Source: Dehalococcoidia bacterium (lineage in GTDB: Bacteria > Chloroflexota > Dehalococcoidia > Lucifugimonadales > Australimonadaceae). From it: a DNA stretch of 64,000 bases. This document shows positions 35,912-45,070 of the stretch, piece by piece. The stretch spans positions 2,303 through 66,302 of the forward strand of contig DAOUJO010000017.1 in assembly GCA_034422595.1 (NCBI GenBank), read 5' to 3'. Under the pieces are notes generated by a model, which was not told the DNA's origin, ran no database searches, and saw nothing but the letters and a program-made list of their open reading frames with translations. Position numbers and translations under genes: made by a program. Each line of letters begins with the position of its first letter. The first letter of the stretch is position 1.

Positions 35912-37072
35912 ATGAAACGCAGTACCGACCGGATACGCACCATGCACGCAGGGAGCCTGCCGAGGCCAGATGACGTTCGGGAGATGGTTGCGGCGAAGGC
36001 TGCGGGAGACCCGGTAGACGAAGAGCAACTCGACGGGCGGCTGACAGAGGCAGTGGCCGAGACCGTGCGTCAGCAGATCGAGTGCGGCATGGACAGCATC
36101 AACGATGGCGAACTGAGCAAGACGAACTTCACGAACTATGCCAACGAACGGCTCGGCGGTATCGAGTTACGCACGTTCGGGCCCGGTGAAGGACCGGAAC
36201 CGGAGCAGATATCCGCTCGGGACAGGCTCGCTTTCCCCGGGTACTTCGACTCTCCGCGCGGGTTCGTCGTGAGGCGTCCGCGGGATAAGCAGCTCTTCTG
36301 CATCGGGCCCATCACGTACGTGGGCTCAGAACTCGTGCAAAGCGACGTCGCGCGTTTCAAGGCTGCCCTGGGCGATGTTGGCGATGCGGAGCCGTTCCTG
36401 CCGGCTGTCGCGCCGGGCAGCATCGACCACTGGCTGTGGAACGAGTACTACGCCTCGGAAGAAGAGTTCCTCTACGCCATCGCCGATGCGATGCACGAAG
36501 AGTACAAGGCCATCGCGGATGCTGGACTCATTCTCCAGATAGACGACCCCGACCTCTTCGATGCCTGGCAGATACAGACCGGGATGGATATCCCCGCGTA
36601 CCGCAGGTTTGCCGAGCAGCGTGTGGAGGTACTGAACTACGCGCTGCGTGACATCCCGCGCGAGCAGATACGCCTGCACGCCTGCTGGGGGAGCTATCAC
36701 GGCCCGCATGTATCCGACATCGGGCTGGAGCACATGGCGGACATCTTCCTCAGCGTCAAGGCGCAGGCGTACTCCATCGAGGCGTCGAACCCGCGTCATC
36801 AGCACGAGTGGGAGATCTGGAAGGACGTTACCCTGCCGGACGGCGCGATCTTCATCCCCGGCGTCGTCGGCCACTTCAGCGACTTCGTGGAGCACCCGAA
36901 GCTGGTCGCTGAGCGGCTGCTGCGGTTCGCGTCCATCGTAGGCAAAGAGAACCTGATGGCGGGTACGGACTGTGGCCTCGGAATGCGCGTGGGCTCACCC
37001 GACATATGCTGGGCGAAGTTCAGGGCCATGGCCGAAGGCGCAAGGCTCGCGAGCGAGGCACTCTGGGGCTGA
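35912..37072 (+). CDS. cobalamin-independent methionine synthase II (MetE C-terminal-like) family protein
   Basis: ATG 35912 is preceded by AGGAGGGGG. IRTMHAGSLPRP at the N-terminus, and C-terminal metal-ligand-like H..C..E/C positions (LHACWG; GTDCGL) typical of this family. Substrate unknown. Confidence 0.65.
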   Translation: MKRSTDRIRTMHAGSLPRPDDVREMVAAKAAGDPVDEEQLDGRLTEAVAETVRQQIECGMDSINDGELSKTNFTNYANERLGGIELRTFGPGEGPEPEQISARDRLAFPGYFDSPRGFVVRRPRDKQLFCIGPITYVGSELVQSDVARFKAALGDVGDAEPFLPAVAPGSIDHWLWNEYYASEEEFLYAIADAMHEEYKAIADAGLILQIDDPDLFDAWQIQTGMDIPAYRRFAEQRVEVLNYALRDIPREQIRLHACWGSYHGPHVSDIGLEHMADIFLSVKAQAYSIEASNPRHQHEWEIWKDVTLPDGAIFIPGVVGHFSDFVEHPKLVAERLLRFASIVGKENLMAGTDCGLGMRVGSPDICWAKFRAMAEGARLASEALWG

Positions 37073-37093
37073 CGCGGGCGTAACCCTGCCGCG

Positions 37094-38251
37094 TTACTCG
37101 ATCGTGTACTCCTTGAGCAGGCTGCGCGCGATGACGATGCGCTGAACCTCGGACGTTCCCTCGTAGATCTCGGTGATGCGCTGGTCGCGGTACATGCGCT
37201 CGACCGGGTTCTCCTTGAAGAAGCCGTAGCCGCCGAATATCTGGACTGCCCTGTCGACGCAGAAGTGCGCGGCCTCGGATGCGTACAGCTTCGCCATCGC
37301 GGATTCCCGGGTATGGGGGAGCCCCGCGTCCTTCAACTGGGCCGCACGCCTCGTGAACAGCCGCGCGGCGTCGATCTGGGTTGCCATGTCCGCCAGCATG
37401 AACTGGATGGCCTGGCGCTCCTTGAGCAGTTCGCCGAACGTCTCGCGCTGCTGCGTGTAGCGGATGGCGGCCTCGAACGCGCCCTGCGCCAGTCCCACTG
37501 ACTGCGTCGCGAGCGAGATGCGGCTGGAGTCGAGGATGGTCATGGCGATGCGGAAGCCTTCGCCCTCCTCGCCGAGGCGGTTGTCCACGGGGACAAGCAC
37601 GTCGTTGAAGTAGACCTCGGCGGTGCCTGAACCGCGGATGCCGAGCTTGCCGTGCATGCCGCGCATCTCGATGCCCGGGGTGTCGGTCTCGAGCACGAAG
37701 GCTGTCGTTCCGCGGTAGCCCTTCGAGCGGTCGGTAGCGGTGAAGACGACCATGAGACCGGACTGCTCCGCGTTGGTGATGAATATCTTGGAGCCGTTGA
37801 GCACATAGGAGCCGTTGCCGTTGTGGACGGCGGTCGTCTGCATGTCCGCGGCATCGCTGCCGGAACTGGGCTCGGAGAGTGCCCACGCCACGATCTTGTC
37901 GCCTGCACACGCCGGAGGCAGGAAGCGCTCCGCCTGCTCGCCGTTGCAGAAGCGGTCGAGCGTGGAGACGCCGAGGGAGAGGTGGGCGAGGAGCGTGGTG
38001 CTCGAAGTCATGCAGGCCCGTGCGACCTCCTCGGCGGCGATGGCAAGCTCCGCGTAGGACGCTCCCTCGCCTCCGTGGGCCGTCTTGGCGGTCATCCCCA
38101 TGAGGCCCATGCGCTTCATGGCCTCGACGCTCTCCCAGGGGAACTCCTCGTTCTCATCCCACCGGGAAGCGTTCGGAGCGAGTTCGGCGTCGGCGAACTC
38201 GCGCATGGTGTTCCACAGCAGGCGCTCCTCTTCCGTGTACAGCGCGTCCAT
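37094..38251 (-). CDS. acyl-CoA dehydrogenase
   Basis: ALSEPSSGSDA, the FITN motif, the C-terminal catalytic region YEGTSEVQR and GGYGF. ATG verified at 38251; the ORF is open to 38317. Confidence 0.9.
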   Translation of the reverse strand: MDALYTEEERLLWNTMREFADAELAPNASRWDENEEFPWESVEAMKRMGLMGMTAKTAHGGEGASYAELAIAAEEVARACMTSSTTLLAHLSLGVSTLDRFCNGEQAERFLPPACAGDKIVAWALSEPSSGSDAADMQTTAVHNGNGSYVLNGSKIFITNAEQSGLMVVFTATDRSKGYRGTTAFVLETDTPGIEMRGMHGKLGIRGSGTAEVYFNDVLVPVDNRLGEEGEGFRIAMTILDSSRISLATQSVGLAQGAFEAAIRYTQQRETFGELLKERQAIQFMLADMATQIDAARLFTRRAAQLKDAGLPHTRESAMAKLYASEAAHFCVDRAVQIFGGYGFFKENPVERMYRDQRITEIYEGTSEVQRIVIARSLLKEYTIE

Positions 38252-38275
38252 GTCCCTCTCCTCGGAGGCGTCTCC

Positions 38276-38299
38276 TATAATGCCTCGCGCCGCATTATA
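38276..38299. promoter_or_regulatory. 24-bp palindrome TATAATGC-N8-GCATTATA containing back-to-back -10 boxes for acd (minus) and rsmI (plus)
   Basis: Read directly: cctTATAATGCctcgcgccGCATTATAgcc. TATAAT lies on the + strand at 38276-38281 and on the minus strand at 38294-38299. Confidence 0.4.
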
Positions 38300-38315
38300 G
38301 CCGTGCTGGACAGCC

Positions 38316-39137
38316 ATGACCGGAACGCTCTACGTCGTCGCGACGCCCATAGGGAACCTTGAAGACCTCACACCGCGCGCGGCGCGCGTGCTGGCCGAGG
38401 TGGCGCTGATCGCTGCGGAAGACACGCGCCAGACTCGGAAGCTGCTCAGCCATCTGGGGCTGTCCACCCGCATCGTCAGCTACAACGAGCACAACGCGCG
38501 GCACCGGACGCCCGCGTTGCTCGACGCGTTGCGCGAGGGTGACGTGGCACTGGTGACGGACGCGGGCGCGCCGGGCGTGAGCGACCCTGGCGCAGGTTTA
38601 GTGGCAGAGGCCGCACGAGCCGGGTCCAGCGTAGTGAGCGTGCCGGGGCCGTCCGCTGTTACCGCCGCACTGGCGGTCGCGGGATTCCCTGCAGACGCGT
38701 TTCACTTCCTCGGGTTCCTGCCGCGAACGACGAAGGCACGCCGCGCCGCGCTTGCCGAGGCCTCATCGCTGCGGGCGACGGTCGTCCTGTTCGAAGCGCC
38801 ACACCGCCTGCTCTCGACGCTCGCCGACATCGCCGACGTGCTCGGCGACCGGCGTCTGGCGGCGTGCCGTGAGATGACGAAGGTGCACGAGGAGGTCTTC
38901 CGCGGGACGGCCCAGGAGGCTATCGCCTATTTCGACGTGCCGCGCGGCGAGTTCACGCTGGTTATCGAAGGCGCAGGCGAACCCTCACCGGGTGCTCCTG
39001 TCCCAGCCGAACGGATCGCGGAGGCGATGGCGGCTGCACGGGCATCCGGACTCAGCCGTCGCGACGCCGCAGTCCAGGTGTCGCGTGAGCTGGGCGTGCC
39101 GCGCCGCGCGGCCTACGCGGCGTGGGAGGAGGCGTAG
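38316..39137 (+). CDS. rsmI: 16S rRNA (cytidine1402-2'-O)-methyltransferase
   Basis: GTLYVVATPIGNLEDLT.RA..VL.....IAAEDTR is the signature N-terminus of RsmI. 273 aa. Confidence 0.9.
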   Translation: MTGTLYVVATPIGNLEDLTPRAARVLAEVALIAAEDTRQTRKLLSHLGLSTRIVSYNEHNARHRTPALLDALREGDVALVTDAGAPGVSDPGAGLVAEAARAGSSVVSVPGPSAVTAALAVAGFPADAFHFLGFLPRTTKARRAALAEASSLRATVVLFEAPHRLLSTLADIADVLGDRRLAACREMTKVHEEVFRGTAQEAIAYFDVPRGEFTLVIEGAGEPSPGAPVPAERIAEAMAAARASGLSRRDAAVQVSRELGVPRRAAYAAWEEA

Positions 39138-39205
39138 AGGGGCGCGTTCGTTGGAGGTCCCCCGCGTTGCCCTCTTGAGACTGCTAGAATACGCGGGAGT
39201 AATCC

Positions 39206-40873
39206 ATGCCTGAACGTATCCTCATAGGGGTCGCCTGGCCCTACGCCAACGGCCCGCTGCATCTCGGTCACATCGCAGGAGCGTACCTTCCGGCGGACAT
39301 CTTCGCCCGCTATCACCGCATGCGTGGCAACGAGGTGCTCATGGTGTCGGGCAGCGATTCCCACGGTGCGCCGATAACGATGCGCGCAGATGCGGAAGGG
39401 GTGCCCCCCAGGGAAGTGGTCGAGCGGTTCCACGCCTCGTTCCTCGAATCATGGGAGCGGCTCGGCATCTCATTCGACCTCTTCACAACGACCATGACCG
39501 ACAACCACCGGGAGGTGACGCACGATCTCTGGCGCACGCTCCAGGCGGGGGACTACATCTACGAAGCGAGCATGAAGGTGGCGTACTCGCCGGACTTCGA
39601 CCGCTTCCTGCCCGACCGCTATGTGCGAGGCGTCTGCCCGAAATGCGGGTTCGAGGACGCCCGGGGCGATCAGTGCGACAACTGCGGCGCCATCCTCGAT
39701 CCGGTGGACCTCGGCAATCCGGCGTACATCGTGGACGGGGAGCGCTATCCGGTCGAGATACGCGACACCGAGCACCAGTTCCTGCGGCTGAGCGCCTTCC
39801 GCGACCAGCTCGCCGCGTGGGTGGAGGAGCAGCGGCACTGGCGTCCCAACGTGCGGAACTTCACGCTGGGATTCCTGCGCGAGGGGCTGAAGGACCGCGC
39901 CATCACGCGCAACCTTGACTGGGGCCTGCCGGTGCCGGCGGAGGGCTACGAGGACCGGCGCATCTACGTCTGGTTCGAGGCGGTCATCGGTTACCTCTCG
40001 GCGAGCGTGGAATGGGCGGCACGCAAGGGCGAGCCGGACGCATGGCGTCCCTTCTGGGAAGACCCGTCCACGCGCTCCTACTACTTCGTCGGCAAGGACA
40101 ACATACCGTTCCACACCATCATCTGGCCGGCGATGCTGCTGGGCCAGGCTGCCTACATCCTCCCGTACGACGTGCCTGCAAACGAGTTCCTGAACCTGGA
40201 AGGGCGGCAGCTCTCCACGAGCCGCAACTGGGCGGTGTGGGTGCCGGACTACCTCGACCGATTCCCGCCCGATCCCCTGCGCTACCACCTCGCAGCCAAT
40301 CTGCCCGAGACCGGCGATGCCGACTTCACGTGGAGTGAATACGTGCGCCGCAACAACGACGAGCTCGTCGCCACGTTCGGGAACCTCGTGCACCGTGTAT
40401 TGACGCAGGTCTACCGTAACTTCGACAAGTGCGTGCCCGACCCCGGCGACCTCGGCGATGCTGACCGGAAACTCATCGACAAGGCGGAAGCCGCGATGGG
40501 CTCGGTCGCCGAGTCGCTCGAGGCGGTGCGTCTCCGCGAAGCGCTGAACACTTCCATGGGGCTGGCTCGGGAGGCGAACCGCTATCTCGACGCTCAAGCC
40601 CCGTGGCAGCAGGTGAAGACGGACAAGGCCGCCGCCGGACGCACGCTCTACACAGCGATGCAGGCGCTGATGGCGCTGCGGGTGACGTTGAACCCGTTCC
40701 TGCCTTTCAGCGCGCAGCGTCTCCACGATCTGTTGGGACTGGACGGGAAGGTAGAGGACGTGGGCTGGCGGTTCGAGACCAGCGATCCGGGCGTCCAGCT
40801 GCCGGAACCCAAGCCGCTCTTTACGAAGCTGGACGATTCCGTGGCCGACGAGATGTTCGCCAAACTCGGGTAG
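39206..40873 (+). CDS. metG: methionine--tRNA ligase (short form without C-terminal tRNA-binding domain)
   Basis: PYANGPLHLGH (HIGH), a CPKCG...CDNCG zinc knuckle, and a KMSKS-equivalent (LSTSRN). Confidence 0.95.
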   Translation: MPERILIGVAWPYANGPLHLGHIAGAYLPADIFARYHRMRGNEVLMVSGSDSHGAPITMRADAEGVPPREVVERFHASFLESWERLGISFDLFTTTMTDNHREVTHDLWRTLQAGDYIYEASMKVAYSPDFDRFLPDRYVRGVCPKCGFEDARGDQCDNCGAILDPVDLGNPAYIVDGERYPVEIRDTEHQFLRLSAFRDQLAAWVEEQRHWRPNVRNFTLGFLREGLKDRAITRNLDWGLPVPAEGYEDRRIYVWFEAVIGYLSASVEWAARKGEPDAWRPFWEDPSTRSYYFVGKDNIPFHTIIWPAMLLGQAAYILPYDVPANEFLNLEGRQLSTSRNWAVWVPDYLDRFPPDPLRYHLAANLPETGDADFTWSEYVRRNNDELVATFGNLVHRVLTQVYRNFDKCVPDPGDLGDADRKLIDKAEAAMGSVAESLEAVRLREALNTSMGLAREANRYLDAQAPWQQVKTDKAAAGRTLYTAMQALMALRVTLNPFLPFSAQRLHDLLGLDGKVEDVGWRFETSDPGVQLPEPKPLFTKLDDSVADEMFAKLG

Positions 40874-40885
40874 CGGACGGAGTAC

Positions 40886-41884
40886 ATGACAGAAACGATC
40901 ACGGTACGCGACCGACTGGACGGCTCGGCGCGGTTCATCTACGAACCGGTGCTGGACGGCCTTGACCGGGTGATAGGGAACCTCGGCGATCTCGCCGAGA
41001 ACTCCGGCGTGCCGCGCGACATGGTCTCGCACGTGGTCGAAGGCGGCGGGAAACTGGTGCGGCCCACGATAACGCTCCTGGCCGGTGCGCTGCGCTCCGG
41101 TGAAGAGGAACCCATCGTGAAGATGGCCACCGCCGTTGAGCTGCTGCACATCGCTTCGCTCATCCATGACGATACGGTGGACCACTCCGAGAAGCGACGG
41201 GGCCGCGCCACGGTGAGCAGGCTCTGGGGCGACGACATGGCTGTGCTCCTTGGCGACTACGTATTCGCGGCATCGGCAACGTTCGTCTGCGACACGGGCA
41301 ACATCCGCGTCGTGCGCCGCTTCGCCGAGACGATCATGGAACTCGCGCGTGGCGAGCTCACGGAGCGCATCAGCAAACACGACTGGTCGCAGACGTCAGC
41401 GGACTACGAGCGGCGCATCTACGACAAGACGGCGTCGCTCATCTGCACGGCGGCCGAGTCCGGCGGAGTGCTGAGCGGCGCACCGGAGGAGGAGACGCAG
41501 GCGCTGCACTCGTTCGGGTACAACGTCGGCATGGCATTCCAGATAGTGGACGACGTGCTGGACTTCACCAGCAGCGAGGAGGAGTTGGGCAAGCCCGTGG
41601 GGAACGACCTGCTGCAGGGAACCCTCACGCTCCCCGCACTGCTCTTCGCTGCGGCTCATCCGGACGAGGCTGTCGTGCGCCGCCTCCGCGACGGCAGCCG
41701 GGACGAGAGTGACCTCACGACGATGGTGGAGTTCGTGCGCAACTCGTCCGCCATAGACGAGACGATGGCGCAACTTGAAGGCTACCGGAACGCCGCGCGC
41801 GCTGCGGTCGCTACGTTGCCCGACGCCCGCGCCCGCCAGTCGCTCGATGCTCTGGTCGACTATCTCGCGCAGCGCCGCAACTAG
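40886..41884 (+). CDS. polyprenyl diphosphate synthase (trans-IPPS, long-chain type)
   Basis: First and second Asp-rich motifs LIHDDTVD and FQIVDDVLD. 332 aa. Confidence 0.85.
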   Translation: MTETITVRDRLDGSARFIYEPVLDGLDRVIGNLGDLAENSGVPRDMVSHVVEGGGKLVRPTITLLAGALRSGEEEPIVKMATAVELLHIASLIHDDTVDHSEKRRGRATVSRLWGDDMAVLLGDYVFAASATFVCDTGNIRVVRRFAETIMELARGELTERISKHDWSQTSADYERRIYDKTASLICTAAESGGVLSGAPEEETQALHSFGYNVGMAFQIVDDVLDFTSSEEELGKPVGNDLLQGTLTLPALLFAAAHPDEAVVRRLRDGSRDESDLTTMVEFVRNSSAIDETMAQLEGYRNAARAAVATLPDARARQSLDALVDYLAQRRN

Positions 41885-42852
41885 CGCCGGAGTTCCCCGA
41901 GGGACTCAGCGTTGAGTACATTCATCGGTTCACCCGCGGCCCATGCCTTGATGTTGTCCACCGAGTGCCGGTAGAAGGCCGCGAGGCTGTCCAGCGTTGC
42001 GTAGCCCAGATGCGGCGTCAGCAGCACGTTGTCGAGCGCGAGCAGCGGGTGGTCGGCAGGCAGCGGCTCCACGTCGTACACGTCCAGGGCAGCGCCCGCG
42101 ATGCGGCGCTCGCGAAGCGCTGCCAGCAGCGCTTCCTCCCGCACGATGGGGCCGCGTGACGTGTTGATGAGGAAGGCGGAGGGCTGCATCAGGCCGAACT
42201 CGCGTTCGGTGACCCATCCCCGGCTCAGATCGGTCAGCGGGACGTGGAGCGTGAGGACGTCGGCCTCCGAGAAGAGGTCGTCCCAGGAGACGTAGGTTGC
42301 CCCGCTCGCGGCGGCGCGCTCGGCCGTGAGCGTCGGGCCCCACGCGATGACGTTCATGCCGAAGGTCTGCTGCGCGCTGACCGCGATCTTGGTGCCGATG
42401 CGTCCCATCCCCAGCACGCCGAGCGTCCGGCCTGCGAGGCCCACCCCCAGCCGCGTCTGCCACTTCCCTTCGCGCATGCGCTGGTCCTCCCAGCCGATGT
42501 GCCGCGTGACGCCGATGATGAGCCCCCAGACGAGCTCCGGGGTCGAATCGCCTGCGCCGTCCGTTCCGGTGACCGGTATGCCGAGTCTGCCCGCCTCTTC
42601 TCCGTCCACGTGGGGCTGGCGGCGTCCCGTGCCGGAGAGCAGTTTGAGGTTCGGCAGCTGGCGCAGTACAGACGCGGGGACAGACGTGCGCTCTCGCATC
42701 ATCTGGACCACGTCGAACTGCGCCAGGCGCTCGGGCATCTGCTCCGGGGCGATGGCCTCGTGGAAGAAGGTCACTTCCGCACCCGTGATCGAGTCCCAGT
42801 CCGCGAGTTCATGGGCGATGCCCTGGTAATCGTCCAGCACAGCGATGCGCAT
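41881..42852 (-). CDS. D-isomer-specific 2-hydroxyacid dehydrogenase family protein
   Basis: NAD-binding GVLGMGRIG, and catalytic R...E...H positions (INTSRG; TPHLGY). Confidence 0.8.
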   Translation of the reverse strand: MRIAVLDDYQGIAHELADWDSITGAEVTFFHEAIAPEQMPERLAQFDVVQMMRERTSVPASVLRQLPNLKLLSGTGRRQPHVDGEEAGRLGIPVTGTDGAGDSTPELVWGLIIGVTRHIGWEDQRMREGKWQTRLGVGLAGRTLGVLGMGRIGTKIAVSAQQTFGMNVIAWGPTLTAERAAASGATYVSWDDLFSEADVLTLHVPLTDLSRGWVTEREFGLMQPSAFLINTSRGPIVREEALLAALRERRIAGAALDVYDVEPLPADHPLLALDNVLLTPHLGYATLDSLAAFYRHSVDNIKAWAAGEPMNVLNAESLGELRR

Positions 42853-42861
42853 GGCGTTCTC

Positions 42862-44025
42862 CTACTCCGTGAGACCTCTGAGCAGCGCGTAGAGGTCCGA
42901 TTTCAGTTCGTAGCCGATGCCAGGCACGTCCGGAAGGCGTACCCGGCCATCCTCCGGCTGGACACCGTCCGGGAAGCCGCCGAACGGCTGGAAGACGCCG
43001 GGGTACGACTCGTTGCCGCCGAGCCCGAGCCCGGCTGCGATGTGCAGCGCGAAGAGGTGGCCGCCATGCGGCACGCACCGGCTGCGCGACCAGCCGGACG
43101 ACTCCAGCATCCCGATGGTGCGCAGGTACTCCACGAGCCCGTAGCTGAGCGCGGGGTCGAACTGGAGCACGTCGCGGTCGGGGCGCATCCCGCCGTAGCG
43201 AACGAGGTTGCGTGCGTCGTGTACCGAGAAGAGGTTCTCGCCCGTCGCGAGGGGCGGTGCGTAGTGCTCGGCCAGTTCGGCCTGCAGCGCGTAGTCGAGC
43301 GGGTCGCCCGCCTCCTCGTACCAGCACAGACCGTAGGAGGCCATCGCCTCGCCGTAGGCTATCGCCTCGTCGAGGTCGAAGCGCCCGTTGGCATCGACGG
43401 CGAGGCGTGCGCCGCTGCCGGTGACCGCAATCACGGCCTCTATGCGCCGCAGGTCCTCGTCGAGCGGCGCGCCTCCGATCTTCATCTTCACGGTGTCGTA
43501 GCCCATGTCGAGGTAGGAGCGCATCTCGTCCTGCAAAGCTTCGACGCCCTTGCCGGGCTGGTAGTAGCCGCCCGCGGCGTAGACCCACGCGTCGTCCGGT
43601 GCCGTACCGTTGCCGTAGCGCTGTGCGAGCAGCCGGTAGAGCGACATCTCTTCCGCCTTGGCTACGGCATCCCAGAGCGCCATGTCGATCACGCCCGCAG
43701 CGACCGAGCGCTCGCCGTGGCCGCCGGGCTTCTCTCCCGTCATCATGGCGTTCCAGACGCGGTGTGGGTCGAGCTGGTCGCGCTCGTCGAGGAGCAACGC
43801 GGGATCGGCGTCGAGGATGCGCGGGATGAAGCGCTCGCGGAGGATGCCTCCCGCCGCGTAGCGTCCGTTGGAACTGAAGCCGTAGCCGACGACCGGCTTC
43901 CCGTCGCGCACCACGTCCGTGACTATGGCGACAACGGAGGCAGTCATCTGCGAGAAGTCGATGACCGCGTTCCGTATGTCGGAGCGCATGCTGGCAGTCG
44001 TCTCGAGAATGCTGACGATGCGCAC
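42862..44025 (-). CDS. enolase-superfamily enzyme (mandelate racemase/muconate lactonizing family; D-tartrate dehydratase-like)
   Basis: 387 aa. N-terminal capping domain, then a barrel with metal-ligand-like D/E/E spacing (LAVDANGRF; WYEEAGDP). Substrate assignment is only a resemblance. The GTG start lies 3 nt after the lipA stop. Confidence 0.75.
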   Translation of the reverse strand: MRIVSILETTASMRSDIRNAVIDFSQMTASVVAIVTDVVRDGKPVVGYGFSSNGRYAAGGILRERFIPRILDADPALLLDERDQLDPHRVWNAMMTGEKPGGHGERSVAAGVIDMALWDAVAKAEEMSLYRLLAQRYGNGTAPDDAWVYAAGGYYQPGKGVEALQDEMRSYLDMGYDTVKMKIGGAPLDEDLRRIEAVIAVTGSGARLAVDANGRFDLDEAIAYGEAMASYGLCWYEEAGDPLDYALQAELAEHYAPPLATGENLFSVHDARNLVRYGGMRPDRDVLQFDPALSYGLVEYLRTIGMLESSGWSRSRCVPHGGHLFALHIAAGLGLGGNESYPGVFQPFGGFPDGVQPEDGRVRLPDVPGIGYELKSDLYALLRGLTE

Positions 44026-44028
44026 GGT

Positions 44029-44901
44029 TTACCGGGCGGCGGCGCGCTGTTCGCCTGCGTGGTAGGAGGAGCGGACGAGCGGACCAGAGGCGACGTATGC
44101 GAAGCCCATCTCATAGCCTGCGCGTTCGAGCTCGGCAAACTCGCGCGGGTGGTAGAAGCGGTCCATCGGCGTGTGGGCAAGCGAGGGGCGCAGGTACTGG
44201 CCGATGGTGAGCAACTGCACGCCTGCGTTCCGTAGGTCACGCATCGTCGCAAGTATCTCGTCGGTGGTCTCGCCCAGCCCGACCATCATCCCGCTCTTGG
44301 TGGGTATCTGCGGAGCGATCTCACGGGCCTTCTCCAGGAATGCGAGCGAGAGTTCGTAGTCGCCCTTCGCACGTACACTCTTGAAGATGCGACGGACGGT
44401 CTCGATGTTGTGGTTGAACACGGTGGGGCCCGCGTCGAGGACGCAGCGCAGCGCGTCGAGGTTGCCGCCGAAATCGGGCGTCAGAACTTCCACTTCGCAA
44501 CCCGGGACGCGCCGGGTGATGAGACGGATGCTCTCCGCAAACGTCCACGCGCCGCCGTCGGGCAGGTCGTCGCGGTCGACGGAGGTGAGCACGCAGTAGC
44601 GCAGGCCGAGGCGCTCGACCGTGCGGGCGAGCCGCGTGGGTTCCGCGGGGTCGGGTGGCGCGGGCTTGCCGCTGGTCACGGCGCAGTAGCGGCAGGCGCG
44701 AGTGCAGACGTCGCCGAGCAGCATGAACGTCGCAGACCTGCGCTCCCAGCAATCGCCGATGTTCGGGCAGTGCGCCTCCTCGCAGACGGTGTGGAGTTCC
44801 GCGTCACGGAGCATCCGGCGGAGATGGAGGTAGTTCTCGCCGCCGGGCCAGGGGACCTTCAGCCACTCGGGAAGGCGCTTCGGAGGTGTGGCAGTGCTCA
44901 T
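44029..44901 (-). CDS. lipA: lipoyl synthase
   Basis: The two Cys clusters CEEAHCPNIGDC and CTRACRYC (radical SAM CxxxCxxC). 290 aa. Confidence 0.95.
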   Translation of the reverse strand: MSTATPPKRLPEWLKVPWPGGENYLHLRRMLRDAELHTVCEEAHCPNIGDCWERRSATFMLLGDVCTRACRYCAVTSGKPAPPDPAEPTRLARTVERLGLRYCVLTSVDRDDLPDGGAWTFAESIRLITRRVPGCEVEVLTPDFGGNLDALRCVLDAGPTVFNHNIETVRRIFKSVRAKGDYELSLAFLEKAREIAPQIPTKSGMMVGLGETTDEILATMRDLRNAGVQLLTIGQYLRPSLAHTPMDRFYHPREFAELERAGYEMGFAYVASGPLVRSSYHAGEQRAAAR

Positions 44902-44960
44902 GTGTCTATGCTAGCAGAGCCCGGGTGCAGCAGGCCCTTCGGTGGATCCGATGAAATCAC

Positions 44961-44990
44961 GGTCTCATTTGGTCTCATTCGGTCTCAATC
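44961..44990. repeat. three tandem 10-bp direct repeats GGTCTCATTT / GGTCTCATTC / GGTCTCAATC
   Basis: Read directly from the sequence in the radA-lipA spacer. Confidence 0.9.
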
Positions 44991-45040
44991 CACCTCTGAC
45001 AACGCTGCCCAGCGCCTGCCGGACGCCCGTATTCTCCCAG

Positions 45041-45070
45041 CGGTGCCATTCGGTGCCATTCGGTGCCATT
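45041..45070. repeat. three perfect tandem 10-bp direct repeats CGGTGCCATT
   Basis: Read directly. The unit is related to the array at 44961 and nearly identical to the repeat at 7757-7783. Confidence 0.9.
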
